Virus record (IMG/VR): IMGVR_UViG_3300027278_000003
Length of the DNA: 64,000 nucleotides
Strand: one strand, 5' to 3'
Origin: a virus
Taxonomy: Duplodnaviria; Caudoviricetes
The translations under genes and the position numbers were made by a program. Positions 21,092-28,011 of this stretch are shown here, in pieces; the stretch's first letter is position 1; the number at the start of each line of letters is the position of its first letter. The notes under the pieces were generated by a model that had not been told where the DNA came from, made no database searches, and was given only the letters and a program-made list of their open reading frames with translations.

Positions 21092-21631
21092 ATGTCAGGA
21101 ACGAAGAAAATATACAATCTTACAGAAAAGAACTATTTCAAGTTCTTTGGTATTGATGAAAAATATGGCATTAGTGTGCGTAGCCTAACTACGCATTATA
21201 AGAAAGTTGTTGCTATTTTAAAAGAAGACACAACGGTTCTTGGGAATGATAAACTTATGTTTGCAGAACGTGCATTCAATACACTCGCAGACCCTATCTC
21301 CCGTGCAAGATATCTTATTGAATTAAACGGTGAAGACACTGACATTATTGACAATCTTTCCGTGATAGACCGATCATTATCCCAACATTATGAGTATGCT
21401 CTGGCAGACATTACAAGTGTCGCAGAAATTGATGATTTCATCGCTGATTTAAAAGATCAATCTCAGTTTATCATTGATCAAATTGAATCCAGCATTGATA
21501 CGTACAAAAATTATAAAAATGCGATGGGCTTGATATGTAAGTTTCATTCTATCGCGGAGATACACAATGCCGCAAAAGACAAAAAACAAAAATTGAATGA
21601 TGGGATCAAGTATGTTGTTTTTGACAGATAG
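21092..21631 (+). CDS. HscB-like co-chaperone with a degenerate HPD motif
   Basis: NYFKFFGI...AFNTLADPISRARYLIELNG aligns by eye to HscB; adjacent to A-type Fe-S carriers. Confidence 0.7.
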   Translation: MSGTKKIYNLTEKNYFKFFGIDEKYGISVRSLTTHYKKVVAILKEDTTVLGNDKLMFAERAFNTLADPISRARYLIELNGEDTDIIDNLSVIDRSLSQHYEYALADITSVAEIDDFIADLKDQSQFIIDQIESSIDTYKNYKNAMGLICKFHSIAEIHNAAKDKKQKLNDGIKYVVFDR

Positions 21632-21935
21632 CGCAAAGCGCAGAATTAATTCTCTGCTTTCAGTAAGTGAAAGCACAGGCATCTATATCAGTATGAAAAC
21701 TGCTGGATGTACGGGCTTAATGTACAATGTAGAACTAGCAGAAAATATTAACCCTCTAAAAGACATGACCGTTGTAATCGATGGCATTAGCGTGTCTGTT
21801 CCGATGGAATACGCACATGCGATTAAAGGTGCAACGTTAGATTTTGTCACAGAGGGATTCAACACACATTTCGAACTTATCGAGAACCCAAACGAAAAAG
21901 CACGTTGTGGGTGCGGCGAGAGTTTTTCAATATAA
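21612..21935 (+). CDS. A-type Fe-S carrier, IscA/SufA-like
   Basis: AGCTG and CGCGESF; three conserved Cys. Confidence 0.9.
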   Translation: MLFLTDSAKRRINSLLSVSESTGIYISMKTAGCTGLMYNVELAENINPLKDMTVVIDGISVSVPMEYAHAIKGATLDFVTEGFNTHFELIENPNEKARCGCGESFSI

Positions 21936-21946
21936 CGGAGAATACT

Positions 21947-22270
21947 ATGCTTTTCACAGAGAGTGCCGCAGCGCGGGCTAAAGAACTTCTTGTAGAAAAT
22001 GAAGCAGACGAAACAGTTGCACTACGTGTGTACGTAGAAGGTGGCGGTTGTCACGGCTTTAACTATGGTTTTGGCTTTGACAACAATATTGCAGAAGATG
22101 ATACCGTTATTGAAACAAACGGAGTTAAACTAGTAGTAGACAGCATGAGTATCATGTATCTAGATAGCGCAACTATCGACTTTGTTTCTAGTATGCATGG
22201 CGATAGATTCACTATTGATAACCCAAGCGCGGCGACTACATGTGGTTGCGGATCAAGTTTTTCCATGTAA
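21947..22270 (+). CDS. A-type Fe-S carrier, ErpA-like
   Basis: LRVYVEGGGCHGFNYGF...CGCGSSF; GGAG RBS before ATG 21947. Confidence 0.9.
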   Translation: MLFTESAAARAKELLVENEADETVALRVYVEGGGCHGFNYGFGFDNNIAEDDTVIETNGVKLVVDSMSIMYLDSATIDFVSSMHGDRFTIDNPSAATTCGCGSSFSM

Positions 22271-22318
22271 GTTGATGAATAGTATAAATACTATATCAAA
22301 CTTTTAAAGGAGTGGCGT

Positions 22319-22771
22319 ATGTCCAGAGTTCTTAAATGGTGGCTTGTTTTCTGTATTTCATTAGTAATTGGCTATCTCGCATATTTTTTCGGGTGGGTTG
22401 ATGAAATCTACAGTAAAGACACTACTAAACTAAGTTTTGCAATCCTAGCAATTTATGTAGCAGCAAGTTTACATGTAGGACACGCCACTTTTAAAAAATC
22501 AAAAAAACAATCAGTCAGATCAGCAGCAAACGTAGGTTGGTTCCTAAGTGAAACTATGCTTACTCTTGGTATGATAGGTACAGTTGCAGGTTTCATTCTG
22601 ATGTTAGGATCTAGTTTCGAAAACATCGATACAAGTAATGCTGAGTCATTAAAAGAAGCATTAACTGCAATGGCGCTAGGTATGAGCACCGCACTATATA
22701 CTACACTTGTTGGTCTAATTTGCAGTCAAATACTAAAAATACAACTTGTAAATCTAGAAACAGGAGACTGA
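22319..22771 (+). CDS. MotA/TolQ/ExbB-family proton channel subunit
   Basis: LGMIGTVAGF and GMSTALYTTLVGL TM motifs. Confidence 0.75.
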   Translation: MSRVLKWWLVFCISLVIGYLAYFFGWVDEIYSKDTTKLSFAILAIYVAASLHVGHATFKKSKKQSVRSAANVGWFLSETMLTLGMIGTVAGFILMLGSSFENIDTSNAESLKEALTAMALGMSTALYTTLVGLICSQILKIQLVNLETGD

Positions 22772-22772
22772 T

Positions 22773-23486
22773 ATGGAGTCTCCAAACAGATACAAAAGTT
22801 CAACTGGTATGACTGATTTGCTATTCAATCTTCTGGTTGGATTTGTGTTCCTGTTTGTCGTAGCATTCATTCTTATCAACCCCCCAACTAAGAGAAACGA
22901 TATTCCAACAAAAGCAGAATATCTAATAATCATCGAATGGAACGAAGAATTCAACGATGATGTAGACCTGTGGGTTCAGGACCCGAACGGTGTGAAAGTT
23001 GCATTTATGAACAAAGAAGGCGGCTTGCTAAACTTAGAGAAAGACGATTTGGGATATTCTAATGATACGTTCACCCGTCCCGATGGAACCACTGATGTTT
23101 TACGTATAAATCGTGAGGTAGTCACGATGCGCGGAACACAAGCAGGTACGTATTCAGTTTCAGCACATATATATTCTAGAAGCGTCACTAGATTGGCGGA
23201 TGGGGTTGTTACCGCTGACCCAGGTCCGGGAACAATAAAGTTTACACTAATCAAAGTCAATCCTTACAAAGAATCATTTATTGCAGAATACGAATACACT
23301 GCAAGACGACAAGAAATTCCAATGATTGAATTCACACTTGATGATCAAGGAAACATCATTGACATACAGCCACTAAGACGTAGTATTATAACTGGGCGTG
23401 CAATACATCAATCTGATGCAGCAGGTGGGTCACCAAATACACCCGCAACAAATACTATTAGAACACCAACAATACACGGCCCATAA
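22773..23486 (+). CDS. ExbD/TolR/MotB-like partner with a periplasmic domain
   Basis: Single N-terminal TM containing Asp (MTDLLFNLL); directly follows the MotA-like gene. Confidence 0.55.
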   Translation: MESPNRYKSSTGMTDLLFNLLVGFVFLFVVAFILINPPTKRNDIPTKAEYLIIIEWNEEFNDDVDLWVQDPNGVKVAFMNKEGGLLNLEKDDLGYSNDTFTRPDGTTDVLRINREVVTMRGTQAGTYSVSAHIYSRSVTRLADGVVTADPGPGTIKFTLIKVNPYKESFIAEYEYTARRQEIPMIEFTLDDQGNIIDIQPLRRSIITGRAIHQSDAAGGSPNTPATNTIRTPTIHGP

Positions 23487-23502
23487 TCACAAGGAACATG
23501 CC

Positions 23503-23994
23503 ATGACAAGTTATAATCTTGATCTATTACCTTTATTAACATCTGTTGTATTTCTTACAATTGTTGTACTTTGGATTGCTGTTAAGAATTATAAAAATTT
23601 CATTATTACATTCTTGATCATTCCGCTAACACTTGTAGCAGCAATCGTGTCGCATTCAACAGTTGATAGATTGTTAGGTTATCCTGTGCATGGGGCAATC
23701 GACAAAGATAGTCTGTACTTATTCCACGTAGAGAGTGGTGACAGAGAATGGATTTATGTATGGGTAATCGCACCCGATGATTTGGGCGAGGTTAGACCAC
23801 GTGCAATTGCCATAGCTAATACAGAGCAAAATAGAAAAGCGATGCAAGAAGCCCAAGAGAAGGGCGAACAAGGACAACCTATGTCTATTGGTCAAGAAGG
23901 ACAAATGGAACTAGGCAATAATGGCGAAACAAATGGTGGAGAATACGAAGTATACGACTTCCAAATCAATCATTCGCCTGATCTAAAAAATTGA
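23503..23994 (+). CDS. Membrane protein, third gene of the motor-like operon
   Basis: AAGGA RBS before ATG 23503; two N-terminal hydrophobic segments. Confidence 0.55.
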   Translation: MTSYNLDLLPLLTSVVFLTIVVLWIAVKNYKNFIITFLIIPLTLVAAIVSHSTVDRLLGYPVHGAIDKDSLYLFHVESGDREWIYVWVIAPDDLGEVRPRAIAIANTEQNRKAMQEAQEKGEQGQPMSIGQEGQMELGNNGETNGGEYEVYDFQINHSPDLKN

Positions 23995-24059
23995 CAAAAT
24001 GCTTGACAATATTATAGTATTGTAATATAAAGAATGGTAAAATAACAACGGAGAGTGCA

Positions 24060-24242
24060 ATGAGTGATCCAGTCGTTGACGAAAAGCCACTATCAAGTAT
24101 AGAGTGGACTATACTATGCGTACTAAACCAAGAAATCACCGATCTTAAAGTTAAACCTAAACCATCTAACCAAGAACAAGTTGTCATTGACTGGCTGCAA
24201 GAACGACTTGATCGACTCAACGCACGACGACATAAAAACTGA
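24060..24242 (+). CDS. Small hypothetical protein
   Basis: GGAG RBS; downstream of tandem TTGACA boxes at 23992-24008. Confidence 0.55.
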   Translation: MSDPVVDEKPLSSIEWTILCVLNQEITDLKVKPKPSNQEQVVIDWLQERLDRLNARRHKN

Positions 24243-24493
24243 TGCAAAATAACATAATTGATGCCCGAGAAATGTTCCTCGGAAGAGCCTTGCTTGCTGC
24301 ACTAGACGCAAAGATAAATGCATACAAAGAACAATACCGTTCCTACTATCTATTAGTAGAAGAATACGGCGAAGATTTTATAGAGTTGAGATTGCATGAC
24401 CTCAATGAAGACATGCACATTGTAATTGACAAAGCACCTATGATTGTATATCTTGAAAGGCAAGAAAATGGACAGGCACTCTTTGAAATCTAA
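24242..24493 (+). CDS. Small hypothetical protein
   Basis: Stop/start coupled with the preceding ORF. Confidence 0.55.
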   Translation: MQNNIIDAREMFLGRALLAALDAKINAYKEQYRSYYLLVEEYGEDFIELRLHDLNEDMHIVIDKAPMIVYLERQENGQALFEI

Positions 24494-24614
24494 CGACGAA
24501 CTACTAAAGCAATTCATTAAGATGCGCAAGTGGAGTAAACCCACCTATGAGCAAATGATGGAATATCTTGAAATATACTCGGAATTGACTATTCGAGGTG
24601 CGATATCTGACTAA
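24468..24614 (+). CDS. Small hypothetical protein missed by the ORF track (48 aa, MDRHSLKSNDELLKQF...)
   Basis: Overlapping ATG at 24468, TAA at 24612-24614. Confidence 0.4.
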   Translation: MDRHSLKSNDELLKQFIKMRKWSKPTYEQMMEYLEIYSELTIRGAISD

Positions 24615-24652
24615 AGTCATAAATAAAAGTATAAGATAATTAAAGGAAAGTT

Positions 24653-24724
24653 ATGACATACGAACTTGTTACATCGCAAACATCAACAACACTGGGTAAT
24701 AACCCAGCGAATGATGCTGTGTGA
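24653..24724 (+). CDS. Putative attenuator leader peptide MTYELVTSQTSTTLGNNPANDAV
   Basis: CATAAATA at 24618, AAAGGA RBS, ATG 24653, TGA 24722-24724 immediately before an antiterminator arm. Confidence 0.7.
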   Translation: MTYELVTSQTSTTLGNNPANDAV

Positions 24725-24725
24725 C

Positions 24726-24799
24726 AGGGCGTAGACGATAACTAGACTAAAAGTTACGAAACGCCCTCAGAAAAAAATCTGAGGGTTTTTCATTTTTTA
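24726..24799 (+). promoter_or_regulatory. Attenuator: overlapping antiterminator and terminator
   Basis: AGGGCGT (24726-32) can pair with ACGCCCT (24761-67). CCCTCAGA (24764-71) alternatively pairs with TCTGAGGG (24778-85), followed by T tracts. Confidence 0.75.
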
Positions 24800-24801
24800 T
24801 G

Positions 24802-25244
24802 TTGACGAATCATAAAGAATGAACTAAATTATATAAATGTGATGGTCACTGACACAAACCAAAACATCGGGTTGTTCCGTAACGGACACGTGAGAGGTCA
24901 CGGTTAGCTTCTCATTCAGAGTATCCGACAGCGTTAAGGTCGGGCGGGGAGCGTCACTCATTATGATACACGCAAACTGACATTTGGGGAAAAATCTGTC
25001 CCGTGGTGGCGACCACATCTGAAAAAAGTTCTTGACGAATCGGATAAGTTTTGATAAGTTAAGAAAGTTGCGAGAGGGCAAAGGCTAGTAACCAGATGCA
25101 CTCGTAACAAAAAAGAAAAAAAGTTCTTGACAAAGACAAAATAGTTTGTTAGAGTGAGGAACATCAGAAGCGAAACGTGAGTTTCAAAAAAACTTCTGAA
25201 AAAGAAAAAAAGTTCTTGACAAAGACATTAAGTTTTGTTAGAGT
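24802..25244 (+). promoter_or_regulatory. Four tandem sigma70-type promoters with A-rich UP elements
   Basis: TTGACG 24802/TAAATT, TTGACG 25032/TAAGTT, TTGACA 25127/TAGAGT and TTGACA 25216/TAGAGT, each with a 17-bp spacer; the last two are near-identical direct repeats. Confidence 0.8.
24837..25018 (+). ncRNA. Candidate structured ncRNA A (unidentified)
   Basis: GC-richer, no credible ORF; the ends ATGTG-TGGTC and GACCACAT pair; several internal hairpins; starts at the +1 of the 24802 promoter. Confidence 0.4.
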
Positions 25245-25253
25245 TAGGAACAC

Positions 25254-25265
25254 GCTGTTTGAAAA
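25254..25265 (+). promoter_or_regulatory. boxA-like antitermination element
   Basis: GCTGTTTGAAAA just after the predicted +1 of the last promoter; resembles rrn boxA. Confidence 0.45.
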
Positions 25266-25274
25266 TTTAGAATG

Positions 25275-25580
25275 TCTTAATCTTCTAGACTTCGGTCGAT
25301 AATGAAGATGGAAACAGATTTTATCTGTTTTCAATTGTGTATTAAGAGCAAAGAAACGTGACAGGTAGGTAGGCTCCTAGGAGTAACGAACCCGTAAAAT
25401 CCTGGTGAGGGACCGAGCGTTGACGAATATGCAATTGTAAACAGAGTTTAAAAACGGCACCTGAGAACGAGTTGCTAGGCAGAAGTTGAACCGTGAAGAT
25501 GGCAGAAGTTCAACTACTCAGTAGAGGGTCACCTATACAAAGCCGTTTTTGTCTATTGCCTGGTGAACAATAGACAAATT
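25275..25580 (+). ncRNA. Candidate structured ncRNA/leader B (unidentified)
   Basis: Nested helices TCTTAAT/ATTAAGA, GAAACAGA/TCTGTTTT, AAAAACGGC/GCCGTTTTT, AGTTGAAC/GTTCAACT and GTCTATTG/CAATAGAC. Confidence 0.45.
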
Positions 25581-25585
25581 TTTAT

Positions 25586-25661
25586 TCCCAGATAGCTCAG
25601 TCGGTAGAGCAAATGACTGTTAATCATTGGGTCGGCGGTTCGAGCCCGTCTCTGGGAGCCA
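25586..25661 (+). tRNA. tRNA-Asn(GUU)
   Basis: Full cloverleaf, loop CT-GTT-AA, encoded CCA. Confidence 0.95.
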
Positions 25662-25666
25662 ATATT

Positions 25667-25756
25667 GGAGGGGTGGCAGAGTGGTTGATTGCACCGGTCT
25701 TGAAAACCGGCGTAGGCGAAAGTCTACCGTGGGTTCAAATCCCACCCTCTCCGCCA
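25667..25756 (+). tRNA. tRNA-Ser(UGA)
   Basis: CCGGT-CT-TGA-AA-ACCGG, long variable arm, G73, CCA. Confidence 0.95.
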
Positions 25757-25761
25757 AATTG

Positions 25762-25787
25762 GCCCTTATAGCTCAGTTGGTAGAGCA
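25762..25787 (+). pseudogene. 5' fragment of tRNA-Thr fused to an HNH remnant
   Basis: GCCCTTATAGCTCAGTTGGTAGAGCA is identical to 26050-26075; no anticodon or T arm follows. Confidence 0.75.
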
Positions 25788-25980
25788 ACGAGGTTATTCA
25801 TGTGAATGTTGTGGTATAAGCGAATGGCAGGGTAAACCAATCGTTTTAGAATGCGATCATATTGATGGCAATCACAAAAACAATACACCTGAAAACTTAC
25901 GATTAATTTGCCCAAATTGTCACAGTCAGACGGAAACCTATAAAAACAAAAACATAGGTAAAGGTAGATCGTATAGATAA
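25777..25980 (+). pseudogene. HNH endonuclease C-terminal fragment
   Basis: CECCG...LECDHIDGNHKNNTPENLRLICPNCHSQ zinc-finger/HNH; no RBS or normal start. Confidence 0.75.
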
Positions 25981-26049
25981 AATTTAAATTTTAGCGTATT
26001 AGGAACAACTTTTCGTTCTAAATGCTAAATAATTATATACGAAGATAAT

Positions 26050-26167
26050 GCCCTTATAGCTCAGTTGGTAGAGCAGTTGATTTGAAAGCACACGCGATAA
26101 CGATAGGTTCACAAGGTGTGTTTTCGTAATCATCAGGTCCGCGGTTCGAGTCCGTGTGAGGGCACCA
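26050..26167 (+). tRNA. tRNA-Thr interrupted by a 42-nt insertion in the anticodon loop (probably UGU)
   Basis: 118 nt; removing 26085-26126 gives a 76-nt cloverleaf with loop TT-TGT-AA, acceptor GCCCTTA/TGAGGGC, A73 and CCA. Confidence 0.8.
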
Positions 26168-26177
26168 TTCTTCTTAT

Positions 26178-26262
26178 GCGGATATGGCGAAATTGGTAGA
26201 CGCACTAGATTTAGGTTCTAGCGGGGTAACTCGTGGGGGTTCAAGTCCCTCTATCCGCACCA
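26178..26262 (+). tRNA. tRNA-Leu(UAG)
   Basis: CTAGA-TT-TAG-GT-TCTAG, long variable arm, A73, CCA. Confidence 0.93.
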
Positions 26263-26362
26263 AAAAATTTAATACCTCTGTGTCCAAATCATCATGAAAT
26301 GGTTCACAGTAAATATAAAAATGAAGTTACGCCTTTAATAGAAAGGCAAATTTCAGAAAAGT

Positions 26363-26436
26363 GGGGAATTGGTGAAGCGGGATCACGCTAGATTTGCATT
26401 CTAGAATCACGAGTTCGATTCTCGTATTCTCCACCA
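26363..26436 (+). tRNA. tRNA-Ala(UGC)
   Basis: Loop TT-TGC-AT; G3:U70 wobble and A73 alanine identity elements; CCA. Confidence 0.85.
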
Positions 26437-26455
26437 AACATATACTGGAAATTGT

Positions 26456-27196
26456 ATGAAGTATCGCTTGCCGTTCACAAAAGAAACTACATATACTAGA
26501 CATGGCTGGTTTCAATATGCTATGGTACTAAGTTTACCATTTTCTTTTTATTTTTTAACATTAGAACAATGGGTATACAGTCTTTTAGTCGGCTATGTGT
26601 TAGCTATAATTGGTCAAATTGTAGGTCACCATAGATATTTCAGCCATAGAAGTTTTAAACTAAACATCTTTTGGCACTATGTTTTATGTTACTTAACAAC
26701 AGTATTATCTATCGGTAGTGTATTAGAGTGGAGAAGAATGCATCTAGCGCATCACAAATACTCAGATACACAATATGATCCACATTCACCAACGTATAAA
26801 GGTATTTTAAAAGTATTTTTTATATCATGGTTTGATTACCCACAGGGTGTGGCTATCTCCGAAGAATCTGAAAAACTTAAATCAGAAAAAGGTATAGTAT
26901 TCTTTCATACATACTATGTATATATTATACTTTTTCATATTGCAATAGTTTCATTGATTGATCCTAAGTTGCTTTATGCTTTATACTTTTTCCCTCCGTT
27001 TCTTGCGTTAAGTATGGGTTCACTAGTGAATTCTCTTTTACACAATGAAAATGGACCGAAAGACAACATATTACTTGCATTTATTGCAGGAGGCGATGGT
27101 TATCATGCAATTCATCACGAAAAACCGTATTTGGCAACCTATCCTTTCCCAGATTTAGCAGGAATGATCATATCATTGATTAAAAAGAAAGAATAG
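26456..27196 (+). CDS. Fatty acid desaturase (delta-9-like)
   Basis: His boxes HHRYFSH, HLAHH and HAIHH; several TM segments. Confidence 0.88.
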   Translation: MKYRLPFTKETTYTRHGWFQYAMVLSLPFSFYFLTLEQWVYSLLVGYVLAIIGQIVGHHRYFSHRSFKLNIFWHYVLCYLTTVLSIGSVLEWRRMHLAHHKYSDTQYDPHSPTYKGILKVFFISWFDYPQGVAISEESEKLKSEKGIVFFHTYYVYIILFHIAIVSLIDPKLLYALYFFPPFLALSMGSLVNSLLHNENGPKDNILLAFIAGGDGYHAIHHEKPYLATYPFPDLAGMIISLIKKKE

Positions 27197-27213
27197 TATA
27201 AATAAACGTATAA

Positions 27214-27288
27214 GCGGGCGTAGCTCAGTGGTAGAGCGTCACCTTGCCAAGGTGAGGGTCGTGAGTTCGAATCTCATCGCCCGCTCCA
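27214..27288 (+). tRNA. tRNA-Gly(GCC)
   Basis: TCACC-TT-GCC-AA-GGTGA, U73, CCA. Confidence 0.95.
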
Positions 27289-27366
27289 AATTCCTAGCAT
27301 ATGATTTGACTATGCCATTCGGGTAACATACTTCCCGTTGAAACAATCACAAAAGTCACTGCTTTA

Positions 27367-27442
27367 GGGAGATTAGCTCAGTTGGTAGAGCGTCTCGTTT
27401 ACACCGAGAATGTCAGGAGTTCGAGTCTCTTATCTCCCACCA
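27367..27442 (+). tRNA. tRNA-Val(UAC)
   Basis: TCTCG-TT-TAC-AC-CGAGA, CCA. Confidence 0.95.
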
Positions 27443-27496
27443 TTTCACTTTCTCAAATCAGATAAATACCGTATAAGTTCTTTATGGGAGAAAGTC

Positions 27497-27757
27497 ATGA
27501 TCAAGCGTACAGGTTTAGCAAAAAGAGTGTCGGCGAAAGCGGCTCCTACTAAAAACGTATCTACACGTAAAAAAACAATTACAAAAACTGTCGAAGCAGA
27601 GGCTGCGCCAATGTTTACATTTAACATCACTGCTGGTGTTGAAAATCTAGGTTCAGTTATTGAAGCAAACGAAGAAGCAGCACTTGCGAAAGCAAGAAAG
27701 AAATTCGGCGCGCCATTAAATTATGGTGTGTTCCAATATACAGCAAAGCGTGTATAA
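27497..27757 (+). CDS. Small basic protein (86 aa)
   Basis: GGGAG RBS before ATG 27497; GATAAATA at 27461. The longer track ORF starts inside tRNA-Val. Confidence 0.6.
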   Translation: MIKRTGLAKRVSAKAAPTKNVSTRKKTITKTVEAEAAPMFTFNITAGVENLGSVIEANEEAALAKARKKFGAPLNYGVFQYTAKRV

Positions 27758-27897
27758 TTAAAGTTTCCAAACGTCAGTTGACGGCGTGACTGTTAGGAGA
27801 GACTAACATTTAAACTACATTTATGTGACGTAACCTTACTTAGAGTATGAAGTGCGTATCACCGAAACTTCCCAAGACATTCTAAATTTTTAAACAC

Positions 27898-27974
<77 letters not shown>

Positions 27975-27983
27975 TTTTTAATT

Positions 27984-28011
27984 GCGGTTGTAGCTCAGTT
28001 GGTTAGAGCAT
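27984..28011 (+). pseudogene. Truncated tRNA 5' fragment
   Basis: GCGGTTG-TA-GCTC-AGTTGGTTA-GAGC-AT, then an abrupt end. Confidence 0.65.

Noticed and set aside
25080-25260. Repeated AAAAGAAAAAAAGTTCTTGAC units as a CRISPR array
   Set aside because: Only 2-3 imperfect copies, each being a -35/-10 promoter with an UP element; no regular spacers and no cas genes.
24837-25580. tmRNA, RNase P RNA or SRP RNA
   Set aside because: No tRNA-Ala-like ends with CCA, no GAGGAAAGUCC core, no SRP helix-8 motif seen.
25627-25980. 117-aa track ORF as a real full-length HNH protein
   Set aside because: Its N-terminal part is a read-through of tRNA-Asn, tRNA-Ser and a tRNA fragment; only the C-terminal HNH part is protein-like.
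26084-26126. Group I or archaeal BHB intron
   Set aside because: 42 nt is far too short for a ribozyme core; the exon-intron junction lacks two 3-nt bulges around a 4-bp helix.
26363-26436. tRNA-Cys(GCA)
   Set aside because: In the 7-nt loop the centred anticodon is TGC, and G3:U70 with A73 indicates Ala.
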